A stretch of 63,330 bases of DNA, taken from the NCBI GenBank assembly GCA_046292345.1, contig JBKBRC010000006.1, forward strand, positions 12,473 to 75,802. Direction: 5' to 3'. A program made the translations under genes and the position numbers. Positions 45,487-53,454 of the stretch are shown here, one piece after another; position 1 is the stretch's first letter; each line of letters opens with the position of its first letter. Origin of the DNA: Rubricoccaceae bacterium. GTDB lineage: Bacteria > Bacteroidota > Rhodothermia > Rhodothermales > Rubricoccaceae. The notes under the pieces are model-generated. The model had not been told where the DNA came from, made no database searches, and saw nothing but the letters and a program-made list of their open reading frames with translations.

Positions 45487-45798
45487 TCACGGCCCGAGTC
45501 GGCGACGTCGCCCGCGGAAGCGCTCGTAAATGTCTCGTAGATGTTTCAAATGTCTCGTAGATGTTTCGCAGATGATGTACAGGCTCAACTCGATGTACAG
45601 GCTCAACTCGAGCGCCGTGATGGCTCCATTGTCGTCTTCATCTGCCTGCCGTCTCCCCCCGACGGCGCCGGCGAAGCGGCGCGAGACGAGATGCACATCG
45701 GCGGCGGTGCAGCGCAGGTTGGCCGAGCGGCCGTTGTAGTCTGGAACGCCCACAAAGCGGCCCACGCCGCGGTCGAACTGCGGCAGCGCGGGCCGCAT
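45487..45798 (-). CDS. Doubtful ORF or gene remnant (103 aa)
   Basis: The first ~46 codons have high GC3 (MRPALPQFDRGVGRFVGVPDYNGRSANLRCTAADVHLVSRR...). The rest runs through the AT-rich duplications and is probably not genuine coding sequence. Confidence 0.25.
   Translation of the reverse strand: MRPALPQFDRGVGRFVGVPDYNGRSANLRCTAADVHLVSRRFAGAVGGRRQADEDDNGAITALELSLYIELSLYIICETSTRHLKHLRDIYERFRGRRRRLGP
45528..45609. repeat. Two adjacent AT-rich duplications (20 bp x2, then 18 bp x2)
   Basis: AAATGTCTCGTAGATGTTTC at 45528-45547 and 45548-45567. GATGTACAGGCTCAACTC at 45574-45591 and 45592-45609. Confidence 0.95.
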
Positions 45799-45857
45799 GG
45801 CCTCGGCCTGCGTGAGCCGGAGCGTGTGCGGCCCGGCCTCCCCGGCGCGGCGTGCCC

Positions 45858-45903
45858 GCCTGCGTACGCTCAGGCTGCCTGCGTACGCTCAGGCTGCCTG
45901 CAG
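45858..45903. repeat. 19-bp tandem repeat GCCTGCGTACGCTCAGGCT x2 plus a partial copy
   Basis: The second copy (45877-45895) contains the TGA stop (45889-45891) of pntB. Confidence 0.92.
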
Positions 45904-47331
45904 CGTCTTCAGCTCAGCCGCGATCGCCTTGAGCGAGTCCTTGGCGTCGCCGAAGAGCATCTGCGTGTTCGGCTTGTAGAAGAGCGGGTTCTCGATGCCC
46001 GCGTAGCCGGCCCGCATGGAGCGTTTGAGCACGATTGTCTGCTGCGCCTCGTCCACGTTGAGCACGGGCATGCCGTAGATGGGGCTCTGCGGATCCTCTC
46101 GCGCGCCCGGGTTGACGACGTCGTTGGCGCCGACGACGAGCACGACGTCCACCTGCGGGAACTCCGGGTTGATCTCGTCCATCTCGATGAGCTGCTCGTA
46201 GGGCACGTTGGCCTCGGCGAGCAGGACGTTCATATGCCCCGGCATGCGCCCCGCAACGGGATGGATCGCGTAGCTGACCTCGACGCCCTCGCGCGCGAGC
46301 AGGTCGGCCAGTTCGCGGACCTCGTGCTGCGCCTGGGCCACGGCGAGGCCATAGCCGGGCACGATCACGACCCGCTGCGCGTAGGCCATGAGCACGGCCG
46401 CGTCGTCGGGCGTCGTGGCGCGCACCGGCGGCGCGTCGGCCGCGGCCGCGCTGGCGGTTGCGGTGCCGTCCGTCCCGAAGCCGCCCAGGAGCACGTTGGC
46501 GAGTGAGCGGTTCATCGCCTCGCACATGATGCGCGTCAGGATCATGCCGCTCGCGCCGACGAGCGCGCCCGAGATCACGAGCGCGTAGTTGCCGAGCACG
46601 AAGCCCGCCGCCGCCGCCGCCAGGCCGGAGTAGGCGTTCAGGAGCGCGACCACGACCGGCATGTCCGCCCCGCCGATGGGCAGCACGAGCAGCACGCCGA
46701 GCACGAGCGCCGAGAGCGCGAGCGCGGCGAGCGCGTACACGGCCGGCTCGGGGGCGAGCGGCAGGTGCGGCCCGGCGAGCGTCAGCATGCCGAGCGCGCC
46801 AAGCGCCATCAGGCCCATCGCGACTGAGAACAGGCGCAGGCCGAGAAAGCCGCCGCTCGTGATGGACCCGCGCAGCTTGCCGAACGCCACGAACGAGCCT
46901 GTCAGCGTGACGCTGCCGATCAGCACCGAGAGCCCGATCACGAGGCTGTCGACCGGGGGAATGACCCGCGAGGCCACGCCGGGGCCGACGTAGCGCAGCA
47001 CCTCGGCCGCCGCCACGAGGGCCGAGGCCGCGCCGCCGAAGCCGTTGAAGGCCGCCACGAGTTCGGGCATCTGCGTCATGGGCGTCCGCCGCGCCAGCAG
47101 CACGCCGATGGCACCGCCGGCGAGCAGCCCGGCCAGCACCTCGAGCGGGTTGAGCACGCGCGCCGAGAGCAGCGCCGCCCCGACGGCGATGAGCATCCCG
47201 GCCGCGGCGAGGCGGTTGCCGGCGCGGGCCGTGCGCGGCGAGGCGAGCCGCTTGAGCCCGACGATAAACAGGGACGCCGCGAGCAAGTACGCGAGCGTCG
47301 TCAGCGTAGCGCCGAGAGGCGAGGGGCTCAT
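45889..47331 (-). CDS. pntB: NAD(P) transhydrogenase subunit beta
   Basis: Multi-TM N-terminal half, then the dIII NADP(H) domain: VIVPGYGLAVAQAQH, AIHPVAGRMPGHMNVLLAEA and VVLVVGANDVVNP. Start taken at the ATG at 47331 (MSPSPLGATL). Confidence 0.92.
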   Translation of the reverse strand: MSPSPLGATLTTLAYLLAASLFIVGLKRLASPRTARAGNRLAAAGMLIAVGAALLSARVLNPLEVLAGLLAGGAIGVLLARRTPMTQMPELVAAFNGFGGAASALVAAAEVLRYVGPGVASRVIPPVDSLVIGLSVLIGSVTLTGSFVAFGKLRGSITSGGFLGLRLFSVAMGLMALGALGMLTLAGPHLPLAPEPAVYALAALALSALVLGVLLVLPIGGADMPVVVALLNAYSGLAAAAAGFVLGNYALVISGALVGASGMILTRIMCEAMNRSLANVLLGGFGTDGTATASAAAADAPPVRATTPDDAAVLMAYAQRVVIVPGYGLAVAQAQHEVRELADLLAREGVEVSYAIHPVAGRMPGHMNVLLAEANVPYEQLIEMDEINPEFPQVDVVLVVGANDVVNPGAREDPQSPIYGMPVLNVDEAQQTIVLKRSMRAGYAGIENPLFYKPNTQMLFGDAKDSLKAIAAELKTLQAA

Positions 47332-47363
47332 GGGCGTTCGGGCGAGGGGCTCATGGGCGTTCG
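47318..47363. repeat. 23-bp tandem duplication GGCGAGGGGCTCATGGGCGTTCG x2
   Basis: Two perfect copies (47318-47340 and 47341-47363). One carries the pntB ATG (47329-47331) and the other the pntAB TGA (47351-47353). Confidence 0.95.
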
Positions 47364-47650
47364 GGCGCACCGTCGCGGGCGCGCGGCTTGAACATCTCGA
47401 GCATGCGGTCGGTCACGAGGAAGCCGCCGACGACGTTGATCGTCGCGAGCACGAGCGCGAGCACGCCGATCCACTTGCCCCACGGCGCCCCGACGGTCCC
47501 GGCCACGACGAGCGCCCCGACGATGGTGATACCGCTGATCGCATTGGAGCCGGACATGAGCGGCGTGTGCAGCGTGGCCGGGACTTTCGAGATCACCTCG
47601 ATGCCGACAAAGGCCGCGAGCACGAATACGACGAAGAGCGAGATGGACAC
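47351..47650 (-). CDS. pntAB: NAD(P) transhydrogenase subunit alpha part 2 (membrane)
   Basis: 99 aa with 3-4 TM segments. Contains VISKVPATLHTPLMSGSNAISGI. GTG start. Confidence 0.88.
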   Translation of the reverse strand: MSISLFVVFVLAAFVGIEVISKVPATLHTPLMSGSNAISGITIVGALVVAGTVGAPWGKWIGVLALVLATINVVGGFLVTDRMLEMFKPRARDGAPERP

Positions 47651-47675
47651 GGCGGCTTCCGGGTAAAGCGGGGGA

Positions 47676-47723
47676 GGCTAGAGCGCCGGCTAGAGCGCCG
47701 GCTAGAGTGCCGGCTCGAGCAGG
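47676..47723. repeat. 12-bp tandem repeat GGCTAGAG(C/T)GCC x3 plus a degenerate fourth copy
   Basis: The third copy (47700-47711) contains the TAG stop (47702-47704) of pntAA. The two other copies place in-frame TAGs downstream. Confidence 0.92.
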
Positions 47724-48847
47724 CGCGGGTGGACGATGGCCCCGCCGTGCGCGACGACGGTGGCGCCGAGAATCTCGTCGGAGAGGTCGAGCGCGAGCGG
47801 GCCGTCGGCGGCAAGGGCATCGCCGAGCGTGTCGAGCACAAGTGCCACGAGCGTGCGCGCGTACATCTCGCTCGCGTGCTGCGGCATGGCGGCGGGCAGG
47901 TTCGTCGGCCCGGCGACGGTCACGCCCTCGGCGACGACGGTCTCGCCGGGCACCGTAGCCTCGCAGTTGCCGCCGCCGGGCGCGGCGAGGTCCACCAGGA
48001 CCGAGCCCGGCTTCATGCCGGCCAGGCCGGCGCGCGTGACGAGGCGGGGCGCCGGGCGCCCGGGCACAAGCGCTGTCGCGATGACGACGTCGTAGGCCGG
48101 CAGGTGCGTCGCGAGCGCCTCGACCTGCCGGGCCTGCTGCTCGGCGGCGAGCGCGCGCGCGTAGCCGCCCGCGTCCTCGGCGTCGCCGGTCTCGAGGTCG
48201 AGCTCGACGAACGCGGCGCCGACGCTCTCGACCTGCTCGCGCGCGGCGGCGCGCACGTCGTAGGCGGCCGTGACGGCGCCGAGCCGCCGGGCCGTCGCGA
48301 GTGCCTGCAGGCCGGCCACGCCGGCGCCAAGCACGAGCACGCGCGCCGGGCGGACGGTCCCGGCGGCGGTCGTAAGCAGCGGGAAGAAGCGCGGCAGCAG
48401 GTCGGCGGCCAGCAGGGCGGCCTTGTAGCCGGCGACGGTGCTCATGGCCGAGAGTGCGTCCATCTTCTGCGCGCGCGTCGTGCGCGGGACGAGCTCCATC
48501 GCGAGCGCGGTCGCCCCCGCGGCGGCGTAGCGCTCGGCCGCGGCGCGGTCGTCGAGCGGCCGCAGCAGGCCGACCACGAGCGCGCCGCGCCGGAGCGCCG
48601 GCAGGTCCGCCTCCGGCAGCCCCTGCACGGTCAGCACGACGTCCGCGGCGAGCGCTTCGGCGCGGCCGACGACGGCGCAGCCGGCCGCGGCGTAGGCCTC
48701 GTCGAGCAAACCGGCCGCAATCCCGGCCCCGGTCTCGACGCGTACCGCGGGGCCGCTGCGCAGCAGGCGCCGCGCGGCGTCGGGCGTGAGCGCGACGCGG
48801 CGCTCACCGGGGGCGGTTTCGGCGACGACTCCGACGGAGAGCGGCAT
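47702..48847 (-). CDS. pntAA: NAD(P) transhydrogenase subunit alpha part 1 (AlaDH-like dI domain)
   Basis: ETAPGERRVALTP, VLVLGAGVAGLQA (Rossmann fold) and VDLAA..GGNCE. Confidence 0.92.
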   Translation of the reverse strand: MPLSVGVVAETAPGERRVALTPDAARRLLRSGPAVRVETGAGIAAGLLDEAYAAAGCAVVGRAEALAADVVLTVQGLPEADLPALRRGALVVGLLRPLDDRAAAERYAAAGATALAMELVPRTTRAQKMDALSAMSTVAGYKAALLAADLLPRFFPLLTTAAGTVRPARVLVLGAGVAGLQALATARRLGAVTAAYDVRAAAREQVESVGAAFVELDLETGDAEDAGGYARALAAEQQARQVEALATHLPAYDVVIATALVPGRPAPRLVTRAGLAGMKPGSVLVDLAAPGGGNCEATVPGETVVAEGVTVAGPTNLPAAMPQHASEMYARTLVALVLDTLGDALAADGPLALDLSDEILGATVVAHGGAIVHPRLLEPAL

Positions 48848-48916
48848 GGGGTCCGAAAAAGCAGGCGCGTCTGCTATCTACGCACGCTTCTCCAAACCTG
48901 CAACGCCGACCGGCGC

Positions 48917-50029
48917 TCAGCCATTGGCCGCCTCGAATCGCCGCATGAAGTCCACGAGGGCCTCGACGCTCTCGCGCCCGATGGCGTTGTAGATCGAGGC
49001 CCGGATGCCGCCGACGGAGCGGTGGCCTTTGAGCGCGAGCAGCCCCTCCGCCTTTGCCTCCTTCACGAAGCGCTCTTCGAGGCTCTCGGAGGGCAGGCGG
49101 AAGCAGACGTTCATCTTGGAGCGCGAGTCCGCCCGGGCCGTGGGGCGGTAGAAATCCGTCGCGTCGAGCGCGTCGTAGAGGAGGGCCGCCTTCTCGTCGT
49201 TGCGCGCGGCCATGCCCTTGAGGCCGCCGTTGCGCTCGATCCACGCGAGCACCTTGTCGATGACGTACACCGCGAAGACCGGCGGCGTGTTGTACATCGT
49301 CCCGACGTGGCTGCCGTAATCGAGCATGGCCGGGAGATCGTCTTTCTTGGTGGCCAGGAAGTCCTCACGGATGAGGACGGCCGTGGCGCCGGCCGGGCCG
49401 ATGTTCTTCTGCGCGCCGGCGTAGATGAGGCCGTAGCGCCCGGTCGCAATAGGCCGGCTCAGGAAGTCCGACGACATATCGCACACAAGCGGCACGTTTG
49501 CCTCGGGCTCGTGGGCGTACTGCGTGCCAAAGATGGTGTTGTTGCTCGTGAAGTGCAGGTAGGCCGCGTCGTCGCGGAGCGCGCGCGCCTCGGGACCGGG
49601 GATGTAGTTGTAGTTGGCCTCCTTGCTCGAGGCGGCCACGTTCACGCCGCCCACACGCCGCGCTTCCTTGATGGCCTTGGCCGACCAGGTGCCGGTATCG
49701 AGGTAGTCCGCCGAGGCGTCCGGGCGGAGGAAGTTGAGCGGCACCTGGTAGAACTGCATCGAGGCGCCGCCCTGGAGGAACATCCCCTGCCAGTCGTCGC
49801 CGAGGCCGAGCAGCGCCTTCATGCGTGCGAGCGCGCGCTCCCAGATCTCGTCGAACGCGGCCGAGCGGTGGCTGATCTCCATTACGGACGCGCCGACGCC
49901 GTCGTAGACGGGCAGCTCGTCGCGCACCTCGAGCAGCACTTCTTCGGGGAGTGCGCCAGGGCCGGCGGAGAAGTTGTGCTGGCGCTGCGACGTGCCGGCG
50001 GCGGAGCGGTACTCGACGGGCTGCATCAT
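48917..50029 (-). CDS. serC: Phosphoserine aminotransferase
   Basis: HNFSAGPGALPEEVL, MEISHRS, FLQGGASMQF, NNTIFGTQY, IYAGAQKNIGPAG (PLP lysine) and KGHRSVGGIRASIYNA. Start taken at MMQPVEY (50029). Confidence 0.93.
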   Translation of the reverse strand: MMQPVEYRSAAGTSQRQHNFSAGPGALPEEVLLEVRDELPVYDGVGASVMEISHRSAAFDEIWERALARMKALLGLGDDWQGMFLQGGASMQFYQVPLNFLRPDASADYLDTGTWSAKAIKEARRVGGVNVAASSKEANYNYIPGPEARALRDDAAYLHFTSNNTIFGTQYAHEPEANVPLVCDMSSDFLSRPIATGRYGLIYAGAQKNIGPAGATAVLIREDFLATKKDDLPAMLDYGSHVGTMYNTPPVFAVYVIDKVLAWIERNGGLKGMAARNDEKAALLYDALDATDFYRPTARADSRSKMNVCFRLPSESLEERFVKEAKAEGLLALKGHRSVGGIRASIYNAIGRESVEALVDFMRRFEAANG

Positions 50030-50102
50030 GACGGGCGGGCGAAGATCCGGGGGGAGGGTCGGGGAACAGGTCGGCAAGCTAGCCGCGCGCGCGGGGGGCG
50101 CG

Positions 50103-50666
50103 CTACTCGCAGCCGCGGCGGCGCGTATCGGTAATGTTGAGGATGCGCCAGCGGCCCTCTGAGAGCACGAGCTGCATCGCGTTGACGCCGCAGTGCGCGA
50201 AGCGGTCGCCGACGTAGAACCGGTAGGGCATCCATGCGGTCGCAAGCCCGTCGTCGGCGCGCACCTCGACGAGGCCGACGCGCTCGTCGAGCACCTCCGC
50301 TGCGGAGCCGACCGACGCCAGGAACGCCTCGAGGCTCGTCTCGGTGAGGCGGTGCGTGTCCGGCGGCTCCTGCCCGGTCCGCACGACCGTATGCAGGCGC
50401 ATGGCGGGGTGAAAGAGCGCGCGCAGGGCCGTCGTGTCGCGCGCGCGCAGGGCATCGAAGAGCTCCGCGACGGTGGCGCGGACACTCTGCACAGGGTAGG
50501 CGAGCGGACGCGCGAGGGCCTCCTCGGGCGTGATTGCGGGCGTCTCGCTCGCCGTGCTCGTCGGGCGGGCCTGCACGCCTCCTGCCGCGGTGCACCCGGC
50601 TGCAGAGAGCGCGCCGGCCAGAACGACGGCAAGCACGGGCGGCATCCGAAGCGTGGTCGTGCGCAT
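50103..50666 (-). CDS. NTF2/SnoaL-like (DUF4440-like) lipoprotein
   Basis: Lipoprotein signal MRTTTLRMPPVLAVVLAGALSAAGC. The C-terminal half is typical of the NTF2-like fold (..AWMPYRFYVGDRFAHCGVNAMQLV..GRWRI). Confidence 0.45.
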   Translation of the reverse strand: MRTTTLRMPPVLAVVLAGALSAAGCTAAGGVQARPTSTASETPAITPEEALARPLAYPVQSVRATVAELFDALRARDTTALRALFHPAMRLHTVVRTGQEPPDTHRLTETSLEAFLASVGSAAEVLDERVGLVEVRADDGLATAWMPYRFYVGDRFAHCGVNAMQLVLSEGRWRILNITDTRRRGCE

Positions 50667-50709
50667 GGTGGGTCCGCGCGCGGGGCGTGTGCGGGTCGGG
50701 GGGTGTAAC

Positions 50710-51420
50710 CTACGACGCCTGCGCGGCTGCCTCCGGCGACGCCTCGCCTGCCGGGGCCACGGGCACGGTCTCGCGCGGCGCCGGCACCTCACCCGCGCGC
50801 CGCGCCTCGAGCTCCTCGCGCACGAACCGCTGCATGCGCGCCATCGCCGTGCGCGCAAACCGGCGCTGCAGGTGACGCCCGAACAGGCGGAAGCCGAGCC
50901 GGTAGAACGGGTTGCGGATGCGGTCGGGCTGCGAGTAGGCGTGCGCGCGGAACGCGACCGCACCCGTAGCCTCGCGCTTGGCCACCTCGAACGTGATCTC
51001 GCCGCGCTCGAAGTGTCCTTCGAGCGTGCGGTAGCCGTAGCCCCAGACGTGCTCCCGCGCCTCCCCCACGCCGCGCAGTTCCTCGATCTCTTCGGTCAGG
51101 CGCACGCCGAACCAGAACGTAAACCCCAGGAAGCGCGCCCGGAGCAGCATCGGGCGGCCGGAGAGCGGCTCGTCCGGGACGAAGATGCCCGTGACGAGGC
51201 GTGGGTCCGGGAAGGCGTAGTCGCGCATGAGCCGGCGGGCGATGGCGAACGAGCCGTGCGCGAGCGGCGGGCCGGGAGGCTCGGGCGGCAGATCGGCAGC
51301 GTAGTCGTCGAGGTGCCAGCCGGCCTGCTCGGTGTAGGCGTGCCGGAGCTCCGGGTCGAAGTTGTAGGGCGCCGTGCGGAGCGCGTCGAGGCGCTTGCGG
51401 TGGCGTTGCCAGTCGTTCAT
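50710..51420 (-). CDS. DUF1990 (UPF0548) family protein
   Basis: WGYGYRTLEGHFERGEITFEV resembles the GFAYGTLxGHPExGEE core of DUF1990. Start taken at MNDWQRH. Confidence 0.5.
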   Translation of the reverse strand: MNDWQRHRKRLDALRTAPYNFDPELRHAYTEQAGWHLDDYAADLPPEPPGPPLAHGSFAIARRLMRDYAFPDPRLVTGIFVPDEPLSGRPMLLRARFLGFTFWFGVRLTEEIEELRGVGEAREHVWGYGYRTLEGHFERGEITFEVAKREATGAVAFRAHAYSQPDRIRNPFYRLGFRLFGRHLQRRFARTAMARMQRFVREELEARRAGEVPAPRETVPVAPAGEASPEAAAQAS

Positions 51421-51487
51421 CGCCGGGCGTGGGCGCGGGGGTAGGGCGAACGCGCGGGCGGGCGCCGGGTGCCGCATGCGTGCGCGC

Positions 51488-52183
51488 TCAGGCAGCGGCG
51501 CGCTCGGTGAGCACCTCCACTTCCCCGCGGACGGTCCCGCCGGAGGCCTCGGCCGCGCGCATGCAGAAGAACGTCCACATGGCCTGCTGCGCCGCCTGCG
51601 CCAGCGGCAGCTTGTCGTAGACGAGGTCTACGAGCGCGTCGCGGCTGCGCGCGTACGACTCGATCGTGAACACGAGCGCGCCCGAGCCCTCCTCGGTCGT
51701 GGCCGCGAACCGGATCTGCCCCGCCTCCATGTGCCCCTCGAGCGTGGCGAAAGCGAAGGCGGCCGGGCCGGCTTCGAGCACGCGGACGGGCCCGTCCCAC
51801 GGCGAGTTGATGCGGACGACGAACTCGTCGCCGGCGGCAAGGCCGCCCGGCGCGCCGCGCGTCTTCTCGAACACGGCCAGCTCGGCCGGCACGAACGCCT
51901 GGATGTCGGCCCTGACGGCCTGCATGAGGGCCTCCGGCGCCAGGCGCGGCGCGTCGGCCACGACGCGGTAGCGGCGGTGGAAGTAGGGGCCGCGGCCATC
52001 GCGGACGTGCTGGACCGGCGCGCGGCCGGGCTCGTCGGGCGCCTCCTCGGGCACGCGCACGAACGGCACGTCGCGGCGGTGGGAGCGGACGCGGTAGCCC
52101 CATCGCGCCCAGAGCCACGCCGCGGCGGCCGCCCCGGCGGCGGCGGTCCAGGGCAGAAGGGTGACAAGAGGGCGGGCCGGCAT
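51488..52183 (-). CDS. DUF1990 (UPF0548) family protein (paralog), with an N-terminal TM segment
   Basis: FAFATLEGHMEAGQIRFAA core. The start-codon region is duplicated (MPPPSR-MPARP), so an alternative in-frame ATG exists at 52201. Confidence 0.5.
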   Translation of the reverse strand: MPARPLVTLLPWTAAAGAAAAAWLWARWGYRVRSHRRDVPFVRVPEEAPDEPGRAPVQHVRDGRGPYFHRRYRVVADAPRLAPEALMQAVRADIQAFVPAELAVFEKTRGAPGGLAAGDEFVVRINSPWDGPVRVLEAGPAAFAFATLEGHMEAGQIRFAATTEEGSGALVFTIESYARSRDALVDLVYDKLPLAQAAQQAMWTFFCMRAAEASGGTVRGEVEVLTERAAA

Positions 52184-52216
52184 ACGAGACGGCGGCGGCA
52201 TACGAGACGGCGGGAG
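52181..52216. repeat. 18-bp tandem duplication CATACGAGACGGCGG(C/G)(G/A)G x2
   Basis: Both copies contain CAT (ATG on the minus strand) in the same frame. The array lies between the serA stop (52228) and the DUF1990 gene. Confidence 0.9.
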
Positions 52217-52227
52217 GCGCGGCGGAG

Positions 52228-53430
52228 TCAGAGCGCGAGCACGGACGCCGCGAGCACGTCCGGCAGGCGCTCGATGGCGTCGAGCACGTCGTCGTCGGGC
52301 TCGCCGTCGAAGCGGAGGCGAGCGCAGGCGGCCTCGGCGCCGGCGAAGACGAGGTTCTCCATCTCCTGCACGTTCCAGCCGGCCTGCCGCACGAGGTCGA
52401 GCACGGCCGCAAGCACGCCGACCCGGTCGAGGTGGCGCACGGTGAGCAGGTGCGTGGCCGGCGTCTGCCGCGCCAGGTTGACGTCGTTCTCGACGCGCCC
52501 CGTCTCGGCATAGACAAGCAAGAGGCGCGTCGCCTCGGCGCCGATGGCCTCGGTCGCCTCGTCGGTCGAGGCGCCGATGTGGTGCGTGACGTAGAAGTAG
52601 GGGTGCTGCGCAAGCGGATGCGCGAACGCGCCCGTCTTGGCCTGCGGCTCGCCCGCGGGCACGTCTGTCGCCACGCGCAGGCCCTTCTCGTCCAGGGCGC
52701 GGGCCATGGCCGCCTCGTCCACGCACGCGTCGCGGGCCGTATTGACGAAGTAGGCGCCGGGGCGCATGGCGGCGAAGAAGGCCTCGCCGCAGAGGCCGCG
52801 CGTCTGCGGCGTCGAGGCCACGTGCACGCTCACGACGTCGGCCGCGCGCGCGACGTCCTCGGGCGTGGCTGCGTACGCGACGCCGAGCGCCTCGGCAGCC
52901 TCGGGTGTGAGCGAGCGGCTCCACGCGACGACGGGCATGCCGAACGCGCGCGCGCGCGCGACCATTTCCCGTCCGATGCTGCCGAGCCCGAGTAGCCCGA
53001 GCGTGCGCCCGCGCAGGCCGCGCGCCTTCGAGAAGCCGGCCTTGTCCCAGCGGCCGGCGCGCGCCTCGGCCACGTTGTCCGGGATGCGGCGGTCGAGCGC
53101 GAGGATGAGGCCGAAGGCCAGCTCGGCCACGGCGGCGGCATTTTTGCCGGGGCAGTTGGCGACGAAGATCCCCCGCCGCGAGGCGTGCTCGACATCGATG
53201 GTGTCTACGCCGGCGCCGGCGCGGACGACGAGCTCGAGGCGGCGCGAGGCGTCAAGGTCGGCGGCGGTGACGCGGGTCGAGCGCACGACGAGCGCGTGCG
53301 GGGCGTGCTCGGCGAGTGCGGCCGTCAACTCAGCGCCGGAGAGCTTGGGGGCATAGACGACGGCGTGGCCGGCCTCGCGGAGCGCGTCCTGCGCCTCGGC
53401 GCTGAACGCATCGGCGATAAGAATGGTCAT
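52228..53430 (-). CDS. serA: D-3-phosphoglycerate dehydrogenase (with C-terminal ACT domain)
   Basis: 2-hydroxyacid dehydrogenase NAD fold GLLGLGSIGREM and catalytic blocks FVNTARD and HIGAST. The ACT-like tail contains HLLTVRHLDRVGVLAAVL. Confidence 0.88.
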   Translation of the reverse strand: MTILIADAFSAEAQDALREAGHAVVYAPKLSGAELTAALAEHAPHALVVRSTRVTAADLDASRRLELVVRAGAGVDTIDVEHASRRGIFVANCPGKNAAAVAELAFGLILALDRRIPDNVAEARAGRWDKAGFSKARGLRGRTLGLLGLGSIGREMVARARAFGMPVVAWSRSLTPEAAEALGVAYAATPEDVARAADVVSVHVASTPQTRGLCGEAFFAAMRPGAYFVNTARDACVDEAAMARALDEKGLRVATDVPAGEPQAKTGAFAHPLAQHPYFYVTHHIGASTDEATEAIGAEATRLLLVYAETGRVENDVNLARQTPATHLLTVRHLDRVGVLAAVLDLVRQAGWNVQEMENLVFAGAEAACARLRFDGEPDDDVLDAIERLPDVLAASVLAL

Positions 53431-53454
53431 CAGCGGACAGGGGGGAGAGGCGTC

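Noticed and set aside
48856-48875. A possible terminator after serC (AGCAG-ACGCGC-CTGCT followed by TTTTT on the minus strand).
   Set aside because: The stem is only 4-5 bp and sits ~10 nt from the pntAA start. This is too weak to call confidently.
484-50134. Numerous long antisense or off-frame ORFs, for example 484-2649(-), 3959-6352(-), 4273-6747(+), 15008-18688(+), 39846-43139(-) and 47045-50134(+).
   Set aside because: Their translations are low-complexity Arg/Ala/Gly/Pro strings without motifs. They lie opposite or out of frame to genes with clear family signatures. This is the typical stop-codon-depleted artefact of high GC content.
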